Shown here: positions 24,271 to 37,785 of the stretch, piece after piece
Layout: every line of letters begins with the position of its first letter
Position numbering within the stretch: the stretch's first letter is position 1
From: Octopus bimaculoides
Lineage: Eukaryota
Length of the DNA: 64,000 nt
Direction: 5' to 3'
Assembly: GCF_001194135.2 (NCBI RefSeq)
Contig: NC_068990.1
Coordinates: 9,966,092-10,030,091 of the forward strand
The notes under the pieces: model-generated
The model's input: only the letters and a program-made list of their open reading frames with translations
Database searches by the model: none
Told to the model about the DNA's origin: nothing
Translations under genes and position numbers: made by a program

Positions 24271-27200
24271 TCTGATATAGCTGAGTGGATCCTTTTGGCC
24301 GTGTTAACTCGCACTCGGTGACGCATATGATATATTTTATGACTGTTTATTATCATTTTTATAACTAAATCCTGAAATACTAAGATAAATATTGTCGTTT
24401 AACATTTTACGTGCATATTGTAACTTAACATCTTACGAGCATACTTGTTAGTAACATTGCGGTAAAATTTAAGTTGGCTCTGAATATCATGGAGTATGTT
24501 GTTTTCAATTTATTGAACGGTTACATTTTCTAATCATGCTTGACCTGGAGACTATCATGAGTAAAATTGTAATGTGCTTCAATGGAGAAGAACTGTACTG
24601 AAGAAACGCTAACATTAATATGAAACTACTTCACAGCAAGCGCGCTGCAAATATTTCATCTTCATAAATTTTAAATTCCCATTATACAGTCATATCTGAA
24701 TTGTTCTATCATGTAAACTAGTGTAAAATCAAAGAAGTAGTCATAGCTGTCGAAATGTAAAGCTAATGAACAAGTTTCGAAATCAAGAATGACGGATTAT
24801 AGAGTGCGTAACATTCTATGAAATTTCATGAATTTATATTTAAATTGAGCTTTAGGTAGACTGCTGTGTCCCATATTTCTACATGAATTTGGGACAATTA
24901 ATTCGCTCTATCATTGGGCCTTTCAGTAATTTTTCTTGAGATTCATTGTTGTGTGGCATATATTTTTAAACAATTGTCTCTTCGTTTCGAGGAATTTATG
25001 AAAAAAGGTTGAACTGTCATTACAAATTATTATAAATCTTATAACAGAAAAATCTAGCTGCAAAGTGATGTGAAACAGAATATACCATTTTTTCCCCGTA
25101 CACATTATAAAAGAATATTTCCATTCAAATAACTGCTACCACTACTGTGTGTGTGTGCGTGTGTGCGTTTGAGTTTACGCATTATACTGCTTGTAGCTGT
25201 AATTTTTTCTCACATCCAGCCTTTTGTCGTCATGTTGCGAGGTGTATTGTGGTGGTAGGTGTAATTGTTCCATTCAAGTTTTCGGTTCAGGCTTGGTCTA
25301 CGTGTGACCCCTGTAAACTGTTAAGGGTCGTAAGTGTTGTATGTGTTGATGATACCTTAACTTTATTGTTATTAACCGAGCCTCTCAGTATGCTGGTAGA
25401 GCACTGACGAAATCTCATGTTTGAGTTTTTATACACGATTTCCCAACAATCATCTTACAAAACAAATACATAAAGATGTGTGTGAGTATATATATACGGT
25501 AAGAAATAATTTTTGCCTCTTTTTATATAGACAAAAGGGTTTATATGTCTGCAACCCACTACGATTTTGACATATTTTTAATTGCGAGGATATCAATTGA
25601 TATATTTAAAAAAAGTTTTTAGTAGATGTGACTAAAAGAGTTTCTAAAATTTAGGTGCATAAAAGAATGTACATACCTTGTATATATTGTGCACACCTTG
25701 TCTGTTGGAACCTCATTATTGCATTATACAGCAGCCATTGTCTAACACACACGATACTCCTCTCCCGACGCATATATATTGCCAATTTCGAAGAATGATA
25801 GCATTTACCTTCCATTAGAAAGAACTGAAAAATATTGGGCGTTCCTCAAACCATAATAGTCCGGGAGGAATGTCATATATCGTTACTCTAAAGATTAGAA
25901 ATATATCATATCGAAGGCTCAAAAGTTTGCAAGTCTAACTTAAAAGTAATGCTCATGCGCATCTCAATGAGCCTTCAACACACAAATAACTCCTGAAAAT
26001 AATAATAATGTTTACATTAATGCGTGCAACCTCTTAAATTACGCTGCTGTATATTAATATTTTTCTATCCTTTTACTGACCATTATATACATAAATATTT
26101 TACAAAAATATATATAGTTTAGTGTCTTTGGGAATTCTAATTGATCATACCTTGATTTACACCCTCGTATTCACATACAAACGCATTGCCACGGGCTCTT
26201 CTCTCTATACTGATACCTGTGTGGTGATACTTAAAAGCCGATTATCTTCTACTTGTTTCTATATCAGCAGACACTTTTGTGAAAAAATCTCATTAAGTGA
26301 AAGAATTACTTTTCTTTCGACAGTCGGTAGGGAGATTTTATTAGTAAATTGTAATCGTGTCGACTTTCTGCTGATTGTTCATACATGTTTTTGAGGTTAC
26401 AAGATGTAGACAAAAAAATCATCTTCATCGCTTAAAAGTGAAGCTATTTTGGGAGTGTCTCTGCACCTTTAGAGTAATGTTTTATAAATTGTGACGGTCA
26501 GACATGCAACGGGGGAAAAAACACACGCAATACTGTTGGAATATATTTTTGGCCCTACCCATTCACTTATTATCCCTATCAGAGTTTCTCATATAACATT
26601 TCAATCCATGTGTGGACAATTGATTTTCAAGAACGGAAACCTCAATTGTTATTTCAAAAGCAAAATGCAAATGCAAGCTAAGAAGTTATACACGACGTAT
26701 TGGAAACGATTTTAAAATATTTGATTTGAAGGGATTTATAAATTGTGAAGCACAAACTTTCAATATATGCTTCATTGTGTACTTCTACTAAATAATAAAA
26801 ACCCCAAACATTCCATTTTGATATGAATTTACGTTTAGATATTACTATGCCATCCATATATAATTCCAGATATAGTATTTGAAATAATTACAGCGTTGTT
26901 AAGAAAGGACAAAGTATTAATACTGTCCATAGTTTCTACTTTATACTAAAAATAAACTGAAAATTAAATTTGACAGCGTACAATTGAATACATTAGTGCC
27001 GATATCTTCCTGTTGGCTATGTAATCGTTAAGGTGTATTTGCACTGATAATTCTATCTGTAAATAACAACATTAGAAATTACTAGCGAGTGAATCAAGTG
27101 ATGTTATATAACTCGATGTGTTATTTCACCAAAATCTAGTTAAAATAAGATTTCAATTAAGGAAGAACAATATCCCGATGGTTGATATTTCCCTCTGCCT

Positions 27201-28189
27201 AGTATTAATCCACTGACAACTTTACGAAGCCCTACATGTTTCCTTTACAATATTAAATCTATCAAAAACCTTCACCATACATGTTGCTCAGTAACTTCCT
27301 AATGGCTTTCCCTATTTGTACGATAAAACTAATATGCCTAACTTCTAAGATTAGATTATTGATAAAACTATATCTTATTAATAATTTCAACAAAACGTTT
27401 CTAATAATGGACATATTTTCAAACACCATTTATTCTATTGAAATGGAATACAAAGTAAAAGTAGATTCAGAGAAAAATTAAGGTCCATTGACAGGGTTGG
27501 TTGGAATGTAGTGAAGCGATGTATGCAAAAACAAGTTTGAAGCGACAATTTCCTTTGGCAAATTTTTCTGCTATTGTTAACAATAATTCATCGCGTGCAT
27601 AGATAAAATTATGTTTACAAAACAGGACTTCCAAAATCGAAGGTGCAGCATGGGTGATAACCGACATAATTTCATTCAGCATGGTAAATATAATAATCAT
27701 ATATTCACAACGTAAGATGGGACAGACTGAAACATCCTCTAAAAATCTAAATGTTAACGGTTATGATGATTAATAAAATTATAGCGTATTTCGGTTAAAG
27801 CTCTTGTTAAATAGATATTCTAATTTACAACGTTCCTGTCATTGGTATCCTTACAGAAAATGTGCAACTTAGCAGGTTTTATTAACAACATTCAAAACGC
27901 CGGTAACAGGGAGGAGGAGCAGGGAATAGCTTATATAGAAGATAGGCATTCAATTATAGACAATGTATATTTATGTTATAAATATACTATCTACTCGGTA
28001 TATTTTAAACACATTTTCAATAAATATTCTTAAAAGGTCCGATAATCTCTTTAAAATATTTTTTCATATCAAGTAAACTAAACGGTGGGATATAATATGT
28101 TATGAATAAAAAATATGAAGAGTACGGGATGTCTTTCGTAAATGCGTGCAAGATGCAGAATTCATGTTCTGTGCTTGACATTAATAATT

Positions 28190-28400
28190 ATTTCTACTGT
28201 AGGCACAAGACGTTGAAAATTTTTTGGGGAAGGGGGTTAGTCGATTACTTCGAACTTAGTGCGTAACTTGTACTTATTTCATCAACCCCGATAGGATGAA
28301 AGGCAAAGTCGACCTCGGCGGAATTTCAACTCAGAACGTAGCGGCAGACGATAAACCGCTAAGAATTTTGCCTGGCGAACTAATGATTCTGCCAGCTCGC
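28190..28400 (-). mobile_element. tRNA-derived SINE, family A, near full length
   Basis: gtacttatttcatcaaccccgataggatgaaaggcaaagtcgacctcggcggaatttcaactcagaacgtagcggcagacg..ctaatgattctgccagctcgc is the reverse complement of the family A body and head. Confidence 0.88.
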
Positions 28401-28919
28401 GAAAATACGAACCAATCTTTCATATAAACTTAGCTAATAAAAGATATAATAAGTATTATCGAGTTACTGCAAATGCAAGGTATGCGGGAATGTATATCAA
28501 ACTGTCAAATACGGGTTGAATTCATGTCTTGTTAGCGAAAATGAGGTAATCAGTAGTTGTTATAAAAAACGAATGGTAAAAATGTAACTGCTTAAAGTGT
28601 TGCAAAAACGGTTGCATTTCTCTTAAATTCAAGCACAGTATCGCGAACATGAACGAGCATTACAGATAATACAATTATTAGATAGATCTATACTTATTGG
28701 GAATTGTTGCACTATATCAATGAAATATAGCCGTCTGCTCTCTATCTTTATCGAGTTCGAGATCAGACTCTATTTAATAGCGCCAGAGCACAGAGGTATG
28801 TGCTATGAAATGTACATGCAAACACAAGCACATGCGCAGGCGCCTCATGCACTCGCACACGCACATATGTGTATATCAGTTCATATATTGACTTAAGTGC
28901 TTATACATGTTGCATATAT

Positions 28920-29016
28920 NNNNNNNNNNNNNNNNNNNNNNNNNNNNNNNNNNNNNNNNNNNNNNNNNNNNNNNNNNNNNNNNNNNNNNNNNNNNNNNNN
29001 NNNNNNNNNNNNNNNN
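28920..29016. other. Assembly gap next to a (TA)n tract
   Basis: N bases. Confidence 1.
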
Positions 29017-29069
<53 letters not shown>

Positions 29070-31435
29070 TATACATATATATAGATTAATAGATAGATAG
29101 AGAGATACATAGATATATAGATAGATATATAGATAGAGAGAGAGATAGAGATATGAGCATGCATATATTTATATGTTTATCAATGTGCGTACATTTAAAC
29201 ATAATTTCATACATGTATACATACGTACTGACACATATATGTGTGACTAAATGGTATCCTATATTCCTATATCAACGCACCGTTATCTGTTAGAATATTA
29301 CGGACAATAATATTTTTTCTTGTATTATATCACAATATATATGTGTGTGCTTGTATGTATTTCAAGTAATAAAATGTAAATACGAACTGCGTCAGTTATT
29401 TTTATTTGGATATGTTAAAACTTAGCGTTTAATAATTCATCATTGTTGATATACTTAGTTCTTAATATACTTGTCAGAGAGTGAATCAAGGAAATTAGAT
29501 ACTTCTGAATGGAAAGTGAGTGTATATTTTTCTATAAAATATTAGAAGTAAAGACCGGTAAATATGTGCTACCTCGAAAGTCAGAAGAGAATCTATTAAA
29601 AATATATTTATCTATACTTCGAGAATAATAAATGCAATTTATTTCGAACATATTCAAAGAATATGTAATCTATTCCCAGATATACTAGTTATTGCAATTT
29701 TACATGCGGAAAAAAAAAATCCGTTATCCAAATAATTATTATCAAGAACATAACAAACATCACAATTGCATAGCCATTTGTTATTTCCTTTATTCGTAAT
29801 TCATCAAAAATATAGAATCAGAAATTTTTTTACTGCTAATAGCATGTTAGTCCACTACTATCCACAAAACAAAGCCTGGACGTTAAAAAAGAACACAATG
29901 TGCATTTTAGCAACATTTGTAAAAGATACAACGGCGTAATAATAATGACGAGTCAGAATAAAATCCACATAGCTGCATATACATTAAAGTATTAAGCAGA
30001 TATATCTGCTTATCTACCAATACTTAAGCAAAGGGAAAATCAATAAAACGAATGTAACAAGACTAATGGGTTGCGTAAAACAGAAATAATGTTGAATTGG
30101 GATATTAGAAAGGAGCTTTTAAAGCAGTTTCGGCAATAGTGATGGGAAATGGGAAACACCATAGCTTTCCCAATATATGTAGAGATATTGAAAGAGCAAT
30201 GTGCTGATCATTTGCAGATACGCTTTTCAATAAATGAGCATAACGTATGTAACCTACATAACCAACTAGGCATTACAGAGAAATGTCATATATTAGGAGA
30301 AGAAATCGATATTCATACAAACGAACAGAAATGATACCCAAAGACCGTCAACGAAATACAATTTTATTGTGCATTGCGGTAGGGAGAAGAAATCCGATTC
30401 ATCGCCATTATACAGACATCAGTTGCGCCTTACACTATACATATTTACTTTTGAAACAAAGACATTTAAACGACATATTCCTTGATTCTTCCCAGAGACT
30501 ATACGTACATGTATGTGTGTGTGTGTGTATAGATAAATAAATATACATACAAACACACACACACACACACACACACATGTATGTAATTGTTCTTCCTTTT
30601 TTTATTGTCGGTTTGCGAAATGATGTATAAGGCAAACAATTTTTCATACCTGTGTATCAGTTATTTACAGGACTCTTCAGGCACCGCTTGTGCATAAATA
30701 TATTTCCATTATTTGTTTCTATATTGAAGGGTTTATTGTCGCATGTTCTGTAAATATTTTACTGTGTTTGCTAATTTTTAGTGCCTCGCTGCTCCAAGAC
30801 CGCGTTGTAAATCTTCGTGTAAGTGTGGTTATCTCCATGGGCAGTAAGTATCTGTGAGATAAAATCAGGCCTAGTATATTTTTCAGATTTGATATAAGCA
30901 TATAAGATACACAGTGGCCTCTGCATCCTCGTTCAGTTTTGCAGATATGGAGAACATTAAGAAGATCATTGTCCTCATTCATTTTGCATCTTCTCGTTCG
31001 TGTATCGTTATCATTTGCTATTGCTGAGAACGATGAATGAGAAACAATGCTAGTATCTTTGATACGGAATATCAAACACAAACACACAAACACGCACACA
31101 CACACACACACAAACAAATACGCGCACTCACACGCACGCACACACACATACATGTATGTAAATTTGTACGAGGAGCTGAGGTATCCAGTATGTTGATATA
31201 AATATTTCGTTCATGAGGAAGCGTACGCATTCTTTCCTGTTTTCCTTTAGTTTCTCAAAAATATCCTGTATATTTAATACTAGTATATATATGGATATTG
31301 ATTGTCAATGTTTTAGTCACGCGTTATATACTATTTAAGTGGTGAATAAGGTTACAAATGTGTTCTGTATTCGTTGAAGTTGAACTCTAATTTTAGAACA
31401 TACATATATATATACAGACACTTCAACATTGCACA

Positions 31436-31990
31436 TACGAGTGTGGGATGAAATGTTCATTGGCTGCATATGGGGCATTTATGCTAGACTTGTGAAATAT
31501 TTCATGAATTAATTTCATCTCTTCATATAAATAAATGTGTTGTTTCATTCGAGGTATACTGACATTGGACTGTTCAAAGAAAACTTCAAACCTAACTATT
31601 ACATAATTCTCTTGAAAATGGATTAAAATTGGCATCCTGCTGTTCTCGACGAAATGCAAAAATCTAGCATGGCCCTACAACACCTTCAAACTGATATGCC
31701 TCCTGCATTACAGGATTATGCAGCAGTTTCATCAACAGTACAAAATGCACTGCGAAATTAAGAAGACAAAAGTCTTGAAGATGACCGGAGGACCTGGACA
31801 TCCTTTGACTGCCACTACTGAGGAAACATTCATAATTGCCACCATATGGTGATGGAGGACACACTACTGAGTATAAACCAACCAAATAGCAAACCATTCT
31901 AGTATATCCCGTGAAGCCTCTGAGAATATTCTGCTCAGCGAATTCACATTAGCAGTACAAGGCGATACAAAATTGGTTTCAGGTTGTCAG
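31436..31990 (+). mobile_element. Mariner (Tc1/mariner) transposon 5' fragment with a decayed transposase N-terminus
   Basis: TIR-like TACGAGTGTGGGATGAAATGTTCAT at 31436. From the ATG at 31618: MD*NWHPAVLDEMQK..DMPPALQDY..STVQ..SLEDDRR/GHPLTATTEE/NI..HHMVMED..SINQ/IAN..SISRE..ENIL, the mariner HTH region with stops and frameshifts. Confidence 0.8.
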
Positions 31991-32194
31991 CTCACTTTCA
32001 GGAATTTAATGTTAGGGTATATTTATATATTTATATTTATTTGCCACTGGTACGTACGTAAACATTTGTTTTATTCGGTGATATTCCGCATTTGACTAGA
32101 TATTTTGAAGATTTCTGGGCCTATATTTTGTGTCAGCTCTATATTTTGCTTGATTAATTTATTTAAGATTTAATCGACATTCAGAGTCGTATAT

Positions 32195-32470
32195 GATTGT
32201 TGTTGTAGTTTTACTGTTTATAAATTAGATGCGTGGATAATGTCTCCTTCCATAGCGGTAGAAACATGTTGCTCGTGTTTCTGTATTTATCTCTGTAATT
32301 AATTTGACCTCTCAAATTTGTGAGTTGCATTTTTTTCTTTCTTTCGTAAAGCCTTCCTATATTTAAATTCCGAATATTTGTATTTGCTATTTCACGATCA
32401 GGCATTCCATATTCGATTTCGTGCTGTATACAAGTCCAGTTTCCCATGTTCATCTACGATAAACTTGACT
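32195..32470 (-). mobile_element. Degenerate RLE-type (R4/Dong-like) LINE 3' fragment
   Basis: NWTCIQHEIEYGMPD resembles the RLE WD..IQ.D..IE..PD motif; short AAC tail at the 3' end. Confidence 0.35.
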
Positions 32471-33100
32471 TCAAGGAAGACCGATACTTTTACGACCATG
32501 TTTTTAATTTTCCAGTTATTTAGCTGTTTGGTATTTCATAATCTGTAGTTCAAGTTCTACCTAACATCTCTGGGCAAGATTGAAATTTGAAGAATGGGAT
32601 TGGAACTAAGAATATATCATGAGAATTAAAGCAATTTATTGTTCTTTAGGGTAAGCAATGCCTTTAGTTATACTCTTTCATTAATTTGTCATGAAAATGT
32701 TATCTGCTACTTATGTATTTCATATAAGATGATGAATATATTTAACTGTAAACAGTGAAATTCCGACAACAATAATCGCACCAATTATACTGGCTTTCTT
32801 TAATATATTGTGACAGCAGTAAACGTCAGTATGAAATAGTGAAGCTAATTATCGATTTCACAAATATCTGAAAGAAATCTATATGAAAATTTCCAAAAGG
32901 AAATTCGAAAGATGTTGACATGGGAAGAGTTAATATATCTAAGAGAACTATATACGTATACGTATATCTAACATCAAATTATAGATTCTATCAATATAAA
33001 TACACATAAACACAAACACAAACGCTCACACATGAATAAATATATGTATTTATACTTATGTTTCTCTCTCTCTCCCTCCCCATATATATATATATATATA

Positions 33101-33591
33101 NNNNNNNNNNNNNNNNNNNNNNNNNNNNNNNNNNNNNNNNNNNNNNNNNNNNNNNNNNNNNNNNNNNNNNNNNNNNNNNNNNNNNNNNNNNNNNNNNNNN
33201 NNNNNNNNNNNNNNNNNNNNNNNNNNNNNNNNNNNNNNNNNNNNNNNNNNNNNNNNNNNNNNNNNNNNNNNNNNNNNNNNNNNNNNNNNNNNNNNNNNNN
33301 NNNNNNNNNNNNNNNNNNNNNNNNNNNNNNNNNNNNNNNNNNNNNNNNNNNNNNNNNNNNNNNNNNNNNNNNNNNNNNNNNNNNNNNNNNNNNNNNNNNN
33401 NNNNNNNNNNNNNNNNNNNNNNNNNNNNNNNNNNNNNNNNNNNNNNNNNNNNNNNNNNNNNNNNNNNNNNNNNNNNNNNNNNNNNNNNNNNNNNNNNNNN
33501 NNNNNNNNNNNNNNNNNNNNNNNNNNNNNNNNNNNNNNNNNNNNNNNNNNNNNNNNNNNNNNNNNNNNNNNNNNNNNNNNNNNNNNNNNNN
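33101..33591. other. Assembly gap
   Basis: N bases after a (TA)n run. Confidence 1.
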
Positions 33592-35589
33592 GTCCCTGTT
33601 CCATCTACTCCGCATTCGAAGGCAAGGACAATACGTGACTTCGTTGGAACAATTTTTCTTGCAAGCAAATTAATTAATTAAGTTTGGAATTTTTTTATTC
33701 TTTTGCGGAGGGTGAAAGTGTAAACAAAAACAGGACAATGAGAACAATAAAGTAAGAGACAATAAAAACAAGACAGAACAGTGACAAAAAAACGGTAAGG
33801 GCTGTTAGGCCAAGACGATATGGATTATAACATACCATTAATGCCCTCTTTGGAACAATTACTTATTAGTTTCCTTCTTAGTGACGAGAATATCTCGCTG
33901 CAAATTACGATTTATTTTCTTTTGCATACACAGAATCTAACTATAAGAAACATTGTGATACACGAAAGAAAATCATCCCAAAACATATTACCTCAGCCAT
34001 CTCTAGGTACAGAGAGCATTTCTAATCCATACGATATGTCTTCCGAATATTTAGAATCTTATCTATTTTTCCAGTCGTTATGAATTAAACCTCTAGATAT
34101 ATGTGCACATTATTTTACTTAACACGAAGAAATCCAAGGAATGCTACTTTCGACCATTGTCATGAAAATACTTTATATGCCACAAAATTAAAAAAAACGA
34201 AATAGGTGTTAAACGAATACGTTACGATTCGTGCTAATATTTTTGTAAATATAAACCGAAATGTAAAGGACTCTTCTTCTGTATTGAATGAGTGCCACTT
34301 AAATTCTGCAAAGTAAATCATAAGTTTCTACAGTGATACAATAGTCACGGGTTGGTGGAATGTCGTTTCCATTTCCACGAATTAGAATTACTTGCAAATA
34401 TATACTAATAGATTCTGCCGGTAAAAATATATTCTGTATTTACTCTGATCTACTTACTTAATATTGTCTGATTAAACACTGGGGGAAAAATTCTAATAAT
34501 TTCAGGTTACCATATGAGTAATTATTGCAGTCTTACCATATTGATCTCGTTGTCTGAATTCTTTTGACTTCTGAAATTCATTGCCGAGATCTTTTAAAAC
34601 TATTTAGTTTTCCATCAACGGGCCATTATCATCGTTGGAAAAGAATTCCATCCCTGATTGAAAATGTTTCTAAATATAAATAATAAACACGAGTAATCTT
34701 CACGAGCAGTCTCACATAAATCTAAATATTTCATAAACTGAATGGAAATTGCAATTTCTGCATTCTTTATAATATTAGGGAAATTATGAAAATTTGCACT
34801 TCAATGAGTAAAATCATACTTTTATATTCCTATGTACAATCTCTACCCATATGCCATGCATCGATTTCCAAATTTTACCATGATTTTTTGTCCTGAATGC
34901 TAAAATGTAATGTTTTAGGTTACAATTTGTTGGGACAATTTTCATATATTTGAAAAGAACGTATCCAAACAGAAATAATGTTATGCGCTCGGTGTGAGTA
35001 TTGTATGATAGAATATTAACTCACATACTTGCCCTTGGTATAAATTTTTCCTTATATATCTTATACATCTTGCAGAAAATTTTAGACGTCGTTGATGCAA
35101 CGCGCATGCATATTCAGGTGATCATTAATATTGAATATAATTATCGAGTAAACTGCAACGTCTGCTCTGCAAGCTATCAATTTTTGTCAATCATACTTCA
35201 CCTATTTGGAAGCATGTTTCATAGGAACTTATAAAACTTGGTTCGTTTTGGTGCCTGAAAAATATTGGGAAAATTCGTAGTTTGCGAGGTAGATATTCGC
35301 TGGTATCAATTCTCTATCATAATTCAGTATGTACGCTGATGTGTGTTTATGAAACACTTTCATAAAATATGATATACTGTTTTAGAAAAAAAGTCTTTAA
35401 GCTAACATTTGTTATCGACGAGAAACTATAGTTATTATTTTGAAACTAATAAGTGCTTATATTTAGGTTTCTGTAAGAGACACATTTATTTAGTTACTTA
35501 ATTCATAGTAGAATTTCTCATTTACAAAATTCAGCTAAAATGCTGATGACTATATATATTCTGACATCTTTTTTATATTCGTATGATGT

Positions 35590-36450
35590 TGCACCAACAT
35601 TTGGAAGTAGTTGTGTTTGATAAGAGCGAATTATAAAGAAACGAAGATGTTCAGAAATGAATATCTCAGGCGGATGAGACTTAAATTGAATGGAATAAAT
35701 AAGATCAAGGCAATGAATATATGCGCTCTGTCCATCATGTGCTACGCAACAGGAATTATCAGATGGAAGAAAGACCAATTAGGAAGTATTGATAGGAAAG
35801 CTAGGAAATTAATGACAGTGCATAAAGAAGTCCACCCAAGGAGTTACGTTTCAATACGTTATGATAGAAGAGAGAAAGGAAGATTAGTAATTCGTTGAAT
35901 TTGCGTCAAAAGCAAAGAACGGAACCTGGCTTGGTAACATTGTGTCAAAAGTAAGACGTATTGATACATTAAAATGTGTTGAAGCTGAATGCACGAGTGA
36001 ACATAGAACTTGAAACGGAATAGAAAGAGGATCTTATCGATGGGGCAGAACACTAGAGATAATGTAGGCACTGGGATAAGAGTTGGTCGTGGCTTAGAAA
36101 TCGCGGTCAGAAAGTATGCTCTCTGAAATAACTACATTGAACATCATGTTTACAAAACGAATGCGTGACCATTATGTAGAATATGTCGAAAGAAAATTAA
36201 TTCGACTAGTGATCTATTAAGCGAACGTGTTAAGGTAGCATGGTGAGAATATAAGAGACAGGATAATGTTGTCAAATACATCCCCAGCTGGATGATATCA
36301 CTGGATGATATCAGTGGTTTGTCAGAGTAGCTTAATGGTAAAAACCGAAGCCAAAATGGGTGATAGACAATGAGAAATTTAAGCGTTTATGGGACTTGAA
36401 TACCGAATGAATAGAATTATTATGGCAAGAAGTTCAGACATTGCTGTCGC
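35590..36450 (+). mobile_element. RLE-type (R4/Dong-like) non-LTR retrotransposon fragment, post-RT region to endonuclease
   Basis: ORF 35611..35898 EYLRRMRLKLNGINKIKAMNICALSIMCYATGIIRWKKDQLGSIDRKARKLMTVHKEVHPRS. Downstream come SWSWLR, PLCRICR (zinc knuckle) and VIDNEKFKRLWD..ARSSDIAV, all with lesions. Confidence 0.88.
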
Positions 36451-36859
36451 CAGCTACGAAAAAAAAAAAAGGCTCAAATTATCGAAATCTTTACCTCAGA
36501 AGATTATAGGGTGAATGATAAAGAACATGAAATGATGTAGAATTATGAGCCACGGAACGAGGAGTTTTCAATGTTGTGAGGGATGAACATGGTTTTAAGG
36601 TTATCAAAGCATCGGATTCATATCGGACATTTTCTTACATTCAATTTAGACGATATTACAAGTCTCATTTCTGAGCATCTGATGTATTTCTTTTCCTTTG
36701 ATTACATCTAACTCAAAGACTCGCACATACGTGTATTTTTCCTCTCCCACTTTTGTAATAACCACGTTTTCAAGCTCTAGTCTTCGTTAGTTTTCCACGT
36801 TTCAATATCCCATTTTTTGACTGTTACATTTTGTGAAGAGTTACGTCAATCACGTAAAA

Positions 36860-37500
36860 ATATTATTATAATTGTTATGATTTCCTTTGCACAGCTTTTA
36901 ACGCTGGGGATGTATTACAGCTTCAGCTGTTCACTAGCAGTGAACTAAGGTAACAGCTTTCATTTTTCGAGCACATTCAGGACTATTCGTATTCATGCGG
37001 TTCCAAGCAGTGCTGTTTTCTGCAAGTGCTCCATCCTTATTGCAGCCCCTATTTGTTCCACGTACTTCTCGGGATGTTTGCTCACTGTTCTCAAGAACCC
37101 GACAATTATTGGTACTACTGCTACCTATTTCCTCGACCACAACTGTTTACCTTCCCAAGCTAATCTGTCAATTCTCTCGATTTTATTTCTTCCTTATCGC
37201 ATACCTTGTTGTCAGCTGGCATGTTATATCATTGATCCAGCATAGATTGTTTTCTTTCTCAATTAAGACTATATCTGGAATCCTATTCTCTATATCATGT
37301 TCGCACTGATTTATAAAATCTCAGAGGATCTTTGCATTTGTATTTTAGACAATGCCTTCGGGTCTCTGGCTGTACCAATTTTTTGCTGTGTCATGTCCAG
37401 ACTTGTTGCAAAGTATCCAATAGACAAGCCTGGCTACATTGTCGTGACGTCTATTGTATTCCTTCTGGGCTAGTGGCGTACATTGGTTGGTAATATGCCA
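36860..37500 (-). mobile_element. RLE-type (R4/Dong-like) LINE 3' end with 3' UTR and AAT-rich tail
   Basis: HITNQCTPLAQKEYNRRHDNVARLVYWILC..CEHDIENRIPDIVLIEKENNLCWI, then a frameshifted C-terminus, a UTR stem-loop and an AAT-rich tail. Confidence 0.9.
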
Positions 37501-37597
37501 TTAATCATATTATTATCATCATCATTATCATCATCACCATTATTATTATTAGTATTATTATTATTTTTAATTCTGTCGTAATTATTATTTTAAGAAA

Positions 37598-37785
37598 GGG
37601 GGCAATCTTGCAAAATCGCTGGCAGCATTTCCTCATTTACCTCGTGAGTCCAAACTTCGCCGAGGCCGACTTTATATTTCATACTTTCGGTGTCGATAAA
37701 TTAAGTACCACTCAAGTACTACTATTAATGTAACCGGCTTCCTCTCCCTCAAATAATTCTGAATCTATGCCATACGTTGAAACCA
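37598..37785 (+). mobile_element. SINE family A copy, internally deleted
   Basis: gagtccaaacttcgccgaggccgactttatatttcatactttcggtgtcgataaattaagtacc matches the family core; ATT tail. Confidence 0.75.

Noticed and set aside
26481-26748. 14-bp direct repeat TTTATAAATTGTGA flanking 240 bp, a possible TSD
   Set aside because: An AT-rich 14-mer match at this range is plausible by chance in 64 kb, and the enclosed sequence has no tail or TIR.
27467-27720. KRQFPL and HG words suggesting a Helitron Pif1 helicase C-terminus
   Set aside because: The spacing and the TINKSQG motif do not fit; likely chance.
30719-31153. 144-aa minus-strand ORF
   Set aside because: It starts in a (TG)n microsatellite and the remainder has no recognisable domain.
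34537-34669. 133-nt minus-strand segment with a good acceptor and a GTAAGA donor
   Set aside because: All three frames contain a stop, so it is not a coding exon. A non-coding or pseudo-exon cannot be judged without RNA data.
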